From assembly GCA_963811145.1 (NCBI GenBank), contig CAWEQC010000004.1, forward strand, positions 527,752 through 591,751: a stretch of 64,000 nucleotides of DNA, given 5' to 3'. Below are positions 45,010-55,155 of the stretch, one piece after another. The translations under genes and the position numbers were made by a program. This DNA is from an uncultured Chloroflexia bacterium. GTDB taxonomy: Bacteria > Chloroflexota > Limnocylindria > QHBO01. The first letter of the stretch is position 1. Each line of letters begins with the position of its first letter. The notes under the pieces are model-generated. The model saw only the letters and a list, made by a program, of their open reading frames with translations, did not search any database and was not told the DNA's origin.

Positions 45010-46959
45010 GTGAGCCCCCAGGCTGCCCTCTCCGATCAGCTGCGTGCCGTGCTGCGACGCCTGCCGACGACGCCCGGCGTGTACCTGATGAAGAACGCCT
45101 CGGGTCGGGTCCTCTATGTCGGCAAGGCGGACTCGCTGCGCGGCCGCGTCGCGTCGTACTTCGGCGCGCGAGGTCCGGAGGACGCGAGGATCGCCCGCAT
45201 GGTGACCGAGGTCGCCGACGTCGAGTACATCGTGACCGACACGGTCAGCGAGGCGTATCTCCTGGAGAGCAACCTCATCAAGGAGCACCGGCCGCGCTTC
45301 AACATCCGGCTCCGTGACGACAAGAGCTACCCGTTCGTGAAGATCACGCTGGGCGAGGACTTTCCGCGAATCGTGCGAACCCGCCGCCTCGTCCGCGACG
45401 GGAGCCGCTACTTCGGTCCATACGCATCGGCCTCCAGCGTCGACGAGACGCTCAAGCTGCTGCGCAAGATCTTTCCCTTCCGCTCCTGCAACCTCGACAT
45501 CCCCGAGGGGAAGCGGGTGCTCGAGCGGCCCTGCCTGCTCTACTACATCAACCGATGCCAGGGCCCGTGCATCGAGGCGATCCCGAAGCCGGAGTACCGC
45601 GACACGATCGGGCAGATCGTCGACTTCCTGGACGGCAGGCAGGAGCCGATCGCGGCGCAGCTGCGCAGCGACATGGCGCAGCACAGCGACGCCCTCCGCT
45701 ACGAGCAGGCGGCGGTCACGCGCGACAAGCTGCGCGCCGTCGAGCGGACCATGGAGCAGCAGAAGATGGCCGCGTTCAGCCGCGCCGAGCACGATGTCAT
45801 CGGCATGGCGCGCGAGGAGGACGATGCCTGCATCCAGGTCATGCAGGTTCGCAATGGCAAGCTCATCGGCCGCGAGCACTTCATCGTGGAAGGCGCCCGC
45901 GACGTCACCGATGCCGAGGTGCTCGGCTCCTTCCTGCAGCAGTACTACGCCAGCACCGATGCCGTCCCGCGCGCGCTGCTGACGCCGCTCATGCCCGCGG
46001 AGGCCGACGACCTCGCCGCCTACCTCGCCGAACGGCGTGGCGTGCGCGTCACCATCTCGGTGCCGGAGCGCGGCGAGAAGCGCCGGCTCGTTGGCCTGGC
46101 CACGGAGAACGCGGTCGAGGCGCTGGCACGCGAACGCGCCGAATGGATGGCCGATACCGCCAAGCGCGACGAGGCACTCACCGAGCTGACGTCCGCGCTC
46201 GGGCTGCCGCGCGTCCCGGAGCGGATCGAGTGCTACGACATGAGCAACATCCAGGGCACCAGCGCCGTGGGCAGCATGGTCGTGTTCATCGATGGCCGGC
46301 CGGAGCCGAAGGAATATCGGCGGTTCAGGATCCGATCCGGCGACACGCCCGACGACTTCCGGATGATGGCCGAGGTGCTGCGGCGCCGATTCGGCCGCGT
46401 CGCGAAGCTGCGGTCGGAGACCGGTGCCCTGTCGCTGGCCGCGGTGGGCGCCGACGAGTCGCCGGAGGAGACCGAGACGGAAGACGGGGAGCGGCCGCGG
46501 GACCAGGGCTGGGCGATGCCGGACCTCGTCATCGTGGACGGGGGGAAGGGTCAGCTGTCGGCGGCGGTTGGCGTGATGGACCAGCTTGCCATCACCGACG
46601 TGCCGCTGACCGGCCTCGCGAAGCGGTTCGAGGAGCTCTACCTGCCGGGCCGATCGGCCCCCGTCGTCCTGCCCCGTCGGTCACAGGCGCTCTACCTCGT
46701 GCAGCGGATTCGCGACGAGGCACATCGCTTCGCGATCACCTACCACCGCGACGTTCGCGGCAAGCGCGCGCTGCGCAGCGAGCTCGACGACATCGCGGGC
46801 ATCGGCCCCGGCCGAAAGAAGGCGCTCCTCAAGCGCTTCGGCTCGGTCCGCCGAATCCGGGAGGCATCGGTGGACGAGGTTGCCGCCACGCCCGGGATCA
46901 GCCGCGACCTCGCCGAGCGGCTCAAGGGTCACCTGGCGCGCGAGGGGATGCTCGCCTGA
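45010..46959 (+). CDS. uvrC: excinuclease ABC subunit C
   Basis: GIY-YIG N-terminus (GVYLMKNASGRVLYVGKA), a UVR motif, an Endo V-like domain and a C-terminal (HhH)2. Confidence 0.95.
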   Translation: MSPQAALSDQLRAVLRRLPTTPGVYLMKNASGRVLYVGKADSLRGRVASYFGARGPEDARIARMVTEVADVEYIVTDTVSEAYLLESNLIKEHRPRFNIRLRDDKSYPFVKITLGEDFPRIVRTRRLVRDGSRYFGPYASASSVDETLKLLRKIFPFRSCNLDIPEGKRVLERPCLLYYINRCQGPCIEAIPKPEYRDTIGQIVDFLDGRQEPIAAQLRSDMAQHSDALRYEQAAVTRDKLRAVERTMEQQKMAAFSRAEHDVIGMAREEDDACIQVMQVRNGKLIGREHFIVEGARDVTDAEVLGSFLQQYYASTDAVPRALLTPLMPAEADDLAAYLAERRGVRVTISVPERGEKRRLVGLATENAVEALARERAEWMADTAKRDEALTELTSALGLPRVPERIECYDMSNIQGTSAVGSMVVFIDGRPEPKEYRRFRIRSGDTPDDFRMMAEVLRRRFGRVAKLRSETGALSLAAVGADESPEETETEDGERPRDQGWAMPDLVIVDGGKGQLSAAVGVMDQLAITDVPLTGLAKRFEELYLPGRSAPVVLPRRSQALYLVQRIRDEAHRFAITYHRDVRGKRALRSELDDIAGIGPGRKKALLKRFGSVRRIREASVDEVAATPGISRDLAERLKGHLAREGMLA

Positions 46960-47084
46960 TCGGCACGTCGAACCGACTTCGGTATACTGGCGCCGCCCGC
47001 CGCTGAGGAAGCGGCGCGTTTCGTGTCCACGGCACTTCCAGGCCGGCACGAGCTTTTCATCATCGAGGACCGTACGACCGAGAC

Positions 47085-48419
47085 ATGACCTGGCGTCGCA
47101 TCGCCCCGTGGCTCATCGGGGTGATCGCCCTCCTGGCGATCTTCATCGACCTCCCTCGCTCGGTGCCCGCCTTCTCCTGGCTCCCCGGCGAGGTCGGCGG
47201 TGTCCAGTTCCGGACCGTGCTCGGCCTCGACCTCCAGGGCGGACTTCGCGTCACGCTCGAGGTGGAGCCGCAGGAGGGGCAGGAGGTCACGCCCGAGGAC
47301 GTGGCGCTGGCGCGGGACACGATCGAGCGCCGCGTTGCCGGCATCGGTGTGAGCGAGCCGCAGGTGCGGACCGAGACGGCCGGCGACGGGTCCCAGCGAA
47401 TCGTCGTCGAGGTGCCGGGCGTCAGCAACCCGGACCAGGTGCGCCAGCTCGTCGGCTCGACCGGCCAGCTCCAGTTCATCGACCCGATGGGCCAGCAGCT
47501 GACGAAGGACCAGGATATCAGCGCACTCCTCGACCAGGGTGCGGTCAGGGAGCTCTTCAACGGCCGCGAGATCGTGCCGGGGAGCGTTGCGCCCGACGTC
47601 GGCAACGGGAACCTGATCGGCGTGTCGTTCAGCCTGAGCGATGCCGGCAGCCGGGCGTGGTGCGACTTCACGACGGCGAACGTCGGCCAGCCCGGGCCGA
47701 TCGCGCTCGATGAGGTCGTGATCACGACGCCGCGCATCGACTCGGCGATCTGCGCCGGTCAGACGATCATCACCGTCGGCACCGCCACGCCGGAGAACGA
47801 GCTGGAGCGAACGAACCTCTACAACACGCTGCGCTTCGGCGCGCTGCCAGTCGCGCTCACCGAGATCGGCTTCGATCAGGTGGACCCGACCCTCGGCGCA
47901 GGCTTCCTCGTCCAGGCGCTCGTCGCCGGCGGCATCGGCCTGCTCCTCGTCCTGCTCTTCATGATCGCGTACTACCGGCTGCCGGGCGTCCTCGCGGCGC
48001 TGGCGCTCGTCTTCTACACCCTGGTGGTCTACGCGATCTTCCGCGTCATCGGCGTGACCCTTACGCTTGCCGGCGTCGCAGCCTTCATCCTGAGCATCGG
48101 CATGGCCGTCGACGCCAACATCCTCATCTTCGAGCGCATGAAGGAGGAGATCAGGGCCGGCAAGACGCTCGGCCCGGCGATCGAGGCTGGGTTCAATCGC
48201 GCCTGGTCGAGCATCCTCGACTCGAACGTCGCCTCACTGCTGGTTGCCGGCTGGCTCTACTGGCAGGGCACGACGGTCGTCCGTGGCTTCGCGCTGGTGC
48301 TGATCATCGGCGTGCTGGTCAGCATGTTCAGCGCGGTGACGGTCACCCGCACGATGCTGCGCTACGTCACCCGCACGAGCTGGGGCCGCCGGCTCGAGCT
48401 CTACCACGTGGAGCGCTAG
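47085..48419 (+). CDS. secD: protein translocase subunit SecD
   Basis: N-terminal TM, a periplasmic domain (LGLDLQGGL) and a C-terminal 5-TM block typical of SecD. Confidence 0.92.
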   Translation: MTWRRIAPWLIGVIALLAIFIDLPRSVPAFSWLPGEVGGVQFRTVLGLDLQGGLRVTLEVEPQEGQEVTPEDVALARDTIERRVAGIGVSEPQVRTETAGDGSQRIVVEVPGVSNPDQVRQLVGSTGQLQFIDPMGQQLTKDQDISALLDQGAVRELFNGREIVPGSVAPDVGNGNLIGVSFSLSDAGSRAWCDFTTANVGQPGPIALDEVVITTPRIDSAICAGQTIITVGTATPENELERTNLYNTLRFGALPVALTEIGFDQVDPTLGAGFLVQALVAGGIGLLLVLLFMIAYYRLPGVLAALALVFYTLVVYAIFRVIGVTLTLAGVAAFILSIGMAVDANILIFERMKEEIRAGKTLGPAIEAGFNRAWSSILDSNVASLLVAGWLYWQGTTVVRGFALVLIIGVLVSMFSAVTVTRTMLRYVTRTSWGRRLELYHVER

Positions 48420-48423
48420 TCGC

Positions 48424-49588
48424 ATGTATGACATCGTCGGCAAGCGCAACCTGTGGTTCGCGATCAGCGCGCTCCTGACCATCCCCGGCCTCATCTTCAT
48501 CTTCCTCGGCGGGCTGAAGCCGTCGATCGACTTCACGGGCGGCACCGAGTGGGAGGTCCGCTACGCGGAGGAGCCGACCGCCGCCGAGATGACCGACGTG
48601 CTCTCCGAGCTCGGCTACCCGGACGCTCTCGTCACGCAGCTCCCCGAGGGGTTCCTCCGGATCCGCACCGAGCCGATCGACCTCATCCCGGCCCAGACGC
48701 CAGGGGCATCGCCGTCGGCCTCAGGGTCCGCATCGGCTTCGCCATCAGCATCCGCGTCCGAGTCGGCTGAGCCATCCGGACCGGCATCGGCCGAGCCGTC
48801 CGGCAGCGCCGAGCCATCGCCTTCGTGCCTCTGCCTCTGCCGAGCCGTCGACGTCGGCGAGCCCGTCCGCGGCTGTGTCACCGTCCGAATCCGCCAACCC
48901 ATCGGCCGAGCCGTCACCGGCGCCGATCGCCGAAGGCACCGAGTTCGCGGGGCTCGAGGCGCAGCTCGAGGACCGCTTCGGGCCAGGCGACCCACGCCTC
49001 CTGCGGACGGTGGGACCGCTCATCGGCGCCGACCTGATCCGCAGCTCGGCGATCCTCATCGTCATCGGCGAGCTGTTCATCCTCGCCTACCTGTGGCTGC
49101 GGTTCGGCTTCCGCTTCGGCACGGCGGCGATCGTGGCGCTGCTGCACGACGTCATCCTGGTGGTGGGGACGTTCGCAATCCTGGGATTCTTCTTCGGTCT
49201 CGAGTTCGACGCGCTGTTCGTGACCGCCCTGCTGACGATCATCGGCTTCAGCGTCCACGACACGATCGTGGTGTTCGACCGCATCCGCGAGAACCGCATC
49301 CGTCACGCCGGCGAGTCGTTCGGCCACATCGTCAACCACTCGATCCTTCAGACGGTCGCTCGCTCGATCATCACCTCGCTGACCGTGGTCGTGACGCTCG
49401 GCGCGCTGCTGCTGCTCGGTCCGCCGACCATCCGGACGTTCACGCTTGCCCTTCTGCTCGGGGTGGTCAGCGGCACCTACTCCTCGATCTTCAACGCGAG
49501 CCAGATCCTGGTCGCATGGAACGAGTGGGACACCCGTCGCAAGTCGCGCGACGGCGCCGCGCGACCGGCGCGGAGCGCATCGCGCTGA
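48424..49588 (+). pseudogene. secF: protein translocase subunit SecF, frameshifted (extra base at about 48826) inside a P/S/A/E-rich insertion
   Basis: The N-terminus MYDIVGKRNLWFAISALLTIPGLIF...IDFTGGTEW is in frame 1. The TM block LIGADLIRSS...FSVHDTIVVFDRIREN is in frame 2. At CCT TCG t GCC TCT, removing one base restores ...PSASASAEPS.... Length is 3n+1. Confidence 0.85.
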
Positions 49589-49614
49589 GGCGGTAACGGA
49601 ACGGTAAGCGGCCG

Positions 49615-51390
49615 GTGATCGGCCGCGACTACCATGGCGAGGTGATCGCACCGCGCCTCGAGTGGCTGCTCCCGGAGCCCGTCGTCGAGCCTCCTGCGTT
49701 CACCGGGTTCGGCCTTCCCGTCTCAACCCTGCTGGCGCGCCGCGGCTTCCGCGACGACGCCACCCTCCAGGCATTCCTCCAGGCGGGCGCCGGCGCCCTT
49801 CACGACCTGTCGCGCATGGCCGATGCGGACCGTGCGCTCGATCGCATCGACGAGGCGCTCCAGGCGGGCGAGCGGATCGCGATCTGGGGCGACTACGACG
49901 CGGACGGCATGACGGCCATCGTGGTGTGGGTGGAGGCGCTGCGGCGCCTCGGCGCGGACCCGCAGCGGTACGTCCCGTCGCGGCTGTCGGAAGGCTACGG
50001 CCTTTCGGAGCCCGGACTGCGCGCCCTGGCCGCCGGTGGCGTCCGGCTCGTGATCACCTGCGACTGCGGCGTCAGCAACGCCGCCGAGGTGGAGATCGCA
50101 CGGACGCTCGGCCTGGACGTGGTCATCACCGATCACCACCTGCCGCCGGCGATCCTGCCGCGGGCCGTGGCGGTCGTCGACCCGCATCGGCCGGACTGCG
50201 CCTATCCGGACCCCGACCTCACCGGTGCCGGCCTGTCCTACAAGCTCGCCGCGGCGCTCCTCGCGCGGCACGCGCTCCCGACCGACGGACTCGCGGCGGT
50301 GGCGGCGATCGGAACCGTTGCCGACATGGCGCCGATGACCGGCGAGAGCCGCGCCATCGTCAGGCTGGGGCTGGACGAGCTGGCGCGGACCGCGCATGCC
50401 GGCCTGCGTGCCCTGCTGGCGCGATCGTGCGAGGCGCCGGGACAGCCGACCGCCCGTGACCTGGCGTTCGGCGTCGTGCCGCGCATCAACGCCGCCGGCA
50501 GGATCGCCGATGCGGAGCTCGCGATGTCGCTGCTGCTCGAGACCGACCCGGTACGAGCCGAGGCGCTGGCCGACGAGCTCGAGCTGGTGCACGAGCGGCG
50601 GCGCGAGATGACCAAGGTGGCGATCGAAGCGGCGCGGCTGCTCGTCGAGGGCGTCCCCGGAGATGGGCCGCTGGTCATCCGGGACGACGAGTGGGTGCCC
50701 GGGCTGCTCGGGCTCATCGCCGGCCGGCTCGCGGACGACCTCGCCCGCCCCGTGGCTGCCGTCGCGCTGGTCGGCGACGAGGTCCGCGGCTCGGTGCGTG
50801 CGCCGGTCGACTTCCACGTTGCGGCGGCGCTCGACGCCTGCGCGGCTCATCTCACGAAGCGTGGCGGCCATGCCGCCGCCGGCGGGTTCAGCCTGCTGCC
50901 GTCAGCGTGGGAGCCGTTCGTGGCCGCCTTCAGTGCGCTGGTCCGGCCGCTCGGTGCCGGGCCGGATGTCGAGGTCCAGCATCCCGGCCGACAGGTTGTC
51001 GACCTCGTGCTGCCCGCGCGCTACCTCGACTGGCAGCTGGCGGACGAGCTCGGGCGCCTCGCTCCATACGGTCCCGGCCACCTGCAGCCGGTCCTCGCCG
51101 TCACCGGACTGCGTGTCGGCGAGGTGCGCCGCGTCGGCGCCCGGGAGACGCATCTCTCATTCCGCATGCTGCGTGGGATCGAGACGGTCGACGCGATCGG
51201 GTTCGGGATGGACGCCGACCGATCCATCCCCGAGGAGGGCTCGCTGGTGGATCTCGTCGGCACGCTCGAGCGCGACACGTTCGGTGGCATGGCGCGGCTT
51301 CGTCTCCGGGTGCTCGACTACGCCCATGCCGCGGCGAGCCCGCTGCTCGGGCGCCGGCGGCCTCCGATCGAGCTGGCGCGCGCAGGATGA
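49615..51390 (+). CDS. recJ: single-stranded-DNA-specific exonuclease RecJ
   Basis: DHH motifs IAIWGDYDADGMT, VITCDCG and VITDHH, plus a DHHA1 region. Confidence 0.9.
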   Translation: MIGRDYHGEVIAPRLEWLLPEPVVEPPAFTGFGLPVSTLLARRGFRDDATLQAFLQAGAGALHDLSRMADADRALDRIDEALQAGERIAIWGDYDADGMTAIVVWVEALRRLGADPQRYVPSRLSEGYGLSEPGLRALAAGGVRLVITCDCGVSNAAEVEIARTLGLDVVITDHHLPPAILPRAVAVVDPHRPDCAYPDPDLTGAGLSYKLAAALLARHALPTDGLAAVAAIGTVADMAPMTGESRAIVRLGLDELARTAHAGLRALLARSCEAPGQPTARDLAFGVVPRINAAGRIADAELAMSLLLETDPVRAEALADELELVHERRREMTKVAIEAARLLVEGVPGDGPLVIRDDEWVPGLLGLIAGRLADDLARPVAAVALVGDEVRGSVRAPVDFHVAAALDACAAHLTKRGGHAAAGGFSLLPSAWEPFVAAFSALVRPLGAGPDVEVQHPGRQVVDLVLPARYLDWQLADELGRLAPYGPGHLQPVLAVTGLRVGEVRRVGARETHLSFRMLRGIETVDAIGFGMDADRSIPEEGSLVDLVGTLERDTFGGMARLRLRVLDYAHAAASPLLGRRRPPIELARAG

Positions 51391-52244
51391 CCGCACCGCT
51401 CGAGCGACTCCGCGCTCGACGCGAGGCGCTGGGGGCACCGCTCTGCCTGGGCGTCGATCCACACCCCGACCATCTGCCGGACAACCTGCCGCCCACCGTT
51501 GCCGGGGTGGAGACCTTCGCCCGTGGCCTGATCGAGGCTGCCGCCGACCACGCGGTGGCGGTGAAGATCAATGTCGCTTTCTTTGAGGCGTTCGGTGCCA
51601 ATGGGTGGTCGGCGCTCGAGCGCGTGCGTCGCGACGTGCCTGCCGAGGCGCTCTGCATCCTCGACGCCAAACGCGGGGACATCGGCCCGACCGCGGAGCG
51701 ATACGCTGCAGGCCTCTTTGGACACCTCGGGGCGGACGCGGTCACGCTGTCGGCGTACCTTGGGGAGGACGCCGTGACACCCTTCCTCGACCATGCGGAT
51801 CGCCTCGTCTACCTGCTCGTACGGACGAGCAATCCGTCGGCCGCGCGGATCCAGGACCTGACCGTCGCTGGCGAGCCACTCCACGTCAGCGTTGCCCGCT
51901 GGGCGGCGGCCACCTGGGTTGATGGTCGGGTTGGGCTCGTCGTGGGAGCCACAGTGCCCGAGGAGCTGGGCGAGATCAGGCGCCAGGTGCCGGGACCGGC
52001 CTTCCTCGTGCCTGGGGTCGGAGCGCAGGGTGGCGACCTGGTGGCGTCTGCCCGCGCGTGCGACGGCGCATGGGCACCGGGGATCGTATCCGTGTCGCGC
52101 GGAATCGCCGGCGCTTCACTCGGCGAGGACTGGCGGGAGGCGGCGGCTCGAGCGGCCGGGGAGCTCCGCGGCCGCATGGCGGATGCGGTGCTACACTCCG
52201 GTGCCACCACTGCTCAGCGGCCCACAACGGAGGTTCGCGACTAG
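51387..52244 (+). CDS. pyrF: orotidine-5'-phosphate decarboxylase (type 2)
   Basis: ATGA overlap with recJ. Motifs VKINVAFFE and ILDAKRGDIG. Confidence 0.9.
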   Translation: MTAPLERLRARREALGAPLCLGVDPHPDHLPDNLPPTVAGVETFARGLIEAAADHAVAVKINVAFFEAFGANGWSALERVRRDVPAEALCILDAKRGDIGPTAERYAAGLFGHLGADAVTLSAYLGEDAVTPFLDHADRLVYLLVRTSNPSAARIQDLTVAGEPLHVSVARWAAATWVDGRVGLVVGATVPEELGEIRRQVPGPAFLVPGVGAQGGDLVASARACDGAWAPGIVSVSRGIAGASLGEDWREAAARAAGELRGRMADAVLHSGATTAQRPTTEVRD

Positions 52245-52457
52245 ATGCCGATTCCCGGTCCGATGGAGCTCATCCTGCTGCTGGTGATCGTGCTGATCAT
52301 CTTCGGCCCCGGCAAGCTGCCCGATATTGGCAACGCCGTCGGGAAGGGGATTCGTGAGTTCCGCAAGGCGTCGAACGAGCTGGAGGAGTCCGTCCGCGGC
52401 GAGCCGAAGCAGACGTCTGCCGAGGAGCGCCCGGCCAGCGAGACCCCCAAGCACTGA
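52245..52457 (+). CDS. tatA: twin-arginine translocase subunit TatA/E
   Basis: [35 protein letters not shown]. Confidence 0.92.
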   Translation: MPIPGPMELILLLVIVLIIFGPGKLPDIGNAVGKGIREFRKASNELEESVRGEPKQTSAEERPASETPKH

Positions 52458-52493
52458 GGTCGCCCAACTCCCGCGCTGCTCGGCGCGCCGAAT

Positions 52494-53223
52494 ATGACGC
52501 TTGAGGCGCCTCGCGCGACCGACGACGCGACGATGAGCCTCATCGAGCACCTCGAGGAGCTCCGCAGCCGCATCATCGTGATCGCCATCACGATCGTGCT
52601 GGCCGGCATCTTCGGCTTCTTCCTGTCCGAGCCGATCATCGGGATCCTGCGCGCGGCACTGCCCGAGGGAAAGCAGACACTGATCCAGATCAGCGTCGGC
52701 GAGTCGCTGGCCGTGCGGCTTGCGCGTCGCACTGTACGTCGGCATCGCCATCTCGGTGCCGGTCATCCTGTACCAGCTCTGGCGCTTCGTGACACCCGGC
52801 CTGACCCGCAGCGAGCGACGCCTGGTGTGGCCGATGCTGATCGTCGCCGTGCTGCTGTTCGCGCTCGGCATCGGGCTCGGCTACTTCACCATTCCGTACG
52901 CGCTCAACTTCCTGCTGAGCCTGACGCTGCCAGGCGTCGAGACCCAGCTGCGCCTCAGCGAGTACGTCAGCTTCGTGTCGACCGTGATGCTCGCCTTCGG
53001 GCTCGCCTTCCAGTTCCCCGTGCTGCTTCTCCTGCTGGCGCGGGTCGGGATCCTCAACTACCGATTCCTGTCGGCCCGCCGCCGCTGGGCGATCCTGGCG
53101 ATCGTCCTGTTCGCGATCATCGCCACCCCCGGCGGCGACCCCCTGAGCTCGGCGGTCCTCTCGCTGGTCATGTACGCGCTGTTCGAAGGAACGCTCCAGC
53201 TGATCCGCAAGCTCCGGCCGTGA
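52494..53223 (+). pseudogene. tatC: twin-arginine translocase subunit TatC, frameshifted (extra base at about 52720)
   Basis: SLIEHLEELRSRII...QISVGESLAVRL is in frame 0, and RVALYVGIAISVPVILYQLWRFVTPGL... is in frame 1. Joined, they align residue for residue with the E. coli TatC segment ...[24 protein letters not shown]. Length is 3n+1. Confidence 0.85.
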
Positions 53224-54174
53224 GCGTCTGGCTCCTGACCGATGCGGCCATGGACGCCCACGCCGCGCCGGGACACCCGGAACGACCGGAGCGACGCATG
53301 GCCGCCGCCGAGGGCGTTCGCGACGCGGCGGGAAGCGCGCTCGAGGAACCGGCGATCGAGCCGATCGACCGACGGACGCTCGAGGCAGTCCATGACCCGG
53401 AGTACCTCGGGCTGCTCGAGGAGGCGGAGCGGGCGGGCGGTGGCTGGCTCGATCCGGACACGTACCTTGCGCCCGGCTCCGTTCGCGCGGCCCTTCTCGC
53501 GGCGGGCGGAACCCTGCAGGCCGCGCTGGCCGTGGGCACAGGGTCCGCGGAGGTCGCGTTCGCGGTGGTCCGGCCGCCCGGGCACCACGCGTCGCACGCC
53601 CGGGCCAGCGGTTTCTGCCTGCTGAACAACGTTGCGATCGCGGTCGCGGGTCTACGAGCCCGCGGCCTTGCGGAGCGCATCGCCATCGTCGACTGGGACG
53701 TCCACCACGGCGACGGCACGCAGGCCATCTTCGATGCCGACCCCGCCGTCTGCTACGCCTCGACGCACCAGTCGCCGCTCTATCCGGGGACCGGCGCGCT
53801 GGCCGAGTCCGGTCGCGGACCCGCAACGGGCACGAAGCACAACCGGCCGTTGCCGCCGGGCAGCGGCGACGCGAGCCTTCACCGCCGCCTGGCGCGACGA
53901 GCTGCTGCCCGCCATCGAGGCCTTCGGTCCCGAGGCGATCCTCGTCTCCGCCGGCTATGACGGGCACGTCGATGACCCACTCGCGCAGCTCGGGGTGACG
54001 GAGGCGGGCTTCAGGGAGGTCGCCCGACTGGTGGGGGCGCTCAGCGCTCGGCTCGGGCTGGGCGGCGTGGCGCTGACCCTCGAGGGTGGCTACGACCTCC
54101 CCGCCCTGCGCGCCTCGTCGGCGGCCACCGTGGAAGGCATCCTGGAGGGCCGCCGCCACCCGGAACGCGCCTGA
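53220..54174 (+). pseudogene. histone-deacetylase-family amidohydrolase, frameshifted (extra base at about 53874)
   Basis: GTGA overlap with tatC. RPPGHHA and DWDVHHGDGTQ are in frame 0. AFTAAWRDELLPAIEAFGPEAILVSAGYDGH...LEGGYD are in frame 1. Length is 3n+1. Confidence 0.8.
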
Positions 54175-54189
54175 GCTCGGGCTATACTC

Positions 54190-55155
54190 GTGCACGGTTT
54201 GAGCACGGATGGGACAGTGACGCGGAGCGCAGCGGTCGAGGGCGAATCGGTCGATGAGGACGTCGCGCGCGCTCCTGACAGCGGCCTCGCCCTCGACCAC
54301 CTGCTCGTCATCAGCGGGCTCTCGGGCGCGGGCAAGAGCCAGGCAAGCAAGCTGTTCGAGGATCTCGGCTATTCCTGCGTCGACAACCTGCCGCCCGCAC
54401 TGCTCAGCGACTTCCTCGCGCTGCGACGCGCGGAGCCGGAGCGCTACGCCCGGGCCGCGCTGGTCCTCGACATCCGGGCCGGCGACCCTGCCCCGGCCAT
54501 CGAGCGAGCGGCCGAGGAGCTCGCGTCGCAGGGCTCGACGCTCGAGCTCATCTACCTCGAGGCGAGCGACGCAAGCCTGGTCAGCCGTTTCAGCGAGACT
54601 CGCCATCGACACCCGCTCCAGGCCACGCGCAGCGGCGTGCAGGCGAGCATCGCCGAGGAGCGGCGCCGCCTGGCGCGGACGCGCGAGCTCGCACACCACG
54701 TCATCGACACGACCGGCCTCTCGATCGGCCAGCTCAAGGACCGGCTCTTCGCGGTCGTGCCGCGCGGTGCGGCATCCGACGAGCTGCGCATCGACATCGT
54801 GACCTTCGGCTTCAAGTACGGCATCCCGCTCGAGGCCGATCTCGTGTTCGACGTGCGCTTCCTCACCAATCCCTACTGGGACCCGCAGCTCAAGCCACTC
54901 TCCGGGCTGGAGGAACCGGTTCGCGAGTTCGTCCTGGGCCAGCCCGCGGCCGTGCGCTTCCTCGAGCTGGTCACCGAGCTCCTCGAGCTGACCGTTCCCG
55001 CCTACCGCGCCGAGGGCAAGGAGCAGCTGCGCGTCGCGCTCGGCTGCACCGGTGGCTATCACCGGTCGATCGCGTTGGCGGAGGAGCTGCGCAGCAGGCT
55101 CGCCAAGCTGCCGGGCGCATCGGTCGCCGTCTTCCACCGGGAGCTCGAACGATGA
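54190..55155 (+). CDS. rapZ: RNase adapter / nucleotide-binding protein RapZ
   Basis: VISGLSGAGKSQASKLFEDLGYSCVDNLPP and C-terminal GCTGGYHRS. TATACT at 54183-54188 lies 1 nt before GTG 54190, so the true start may be the in-frame TTG 54199 or GTG 54217. Confidence 0.88.
   Translation: MHGLSTDGTVTRSAAVEGESVDEDVARAPDSGLALDHLLVISGLSGAGKSQASKLFEDLGYSCVDNLPPALLSDFLALRRAEPERYARAALVLDIRAGDPAPAIERAAEELASQGSTLELIYLEASDASLVSRFSETRHRHPLQATRSGVQASIAEERRRLARTRELAHHVIDTTGLSIGQLKDRLFAVVPRGAASDELRIDIVTFGFKYGIPLEADLVFDVRFLTNPYWDPQLKPLSGLEEPVREFVLGQPAAVRFLELVTELLELTVPAYRAEGKEQLRVALGCTGGYHRSIALAEELRSRLAKLPGASVAVFHRELER

Noticed and set aside
46998-47023. Terminator after uvrC (CGCCGC-TGAGGAA-GCGGCG followed by CGTTTCG)
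   Set aside because: The stem is short at 6 bp and is followed by only three T residues. It is too weak to call without transcript-end data.
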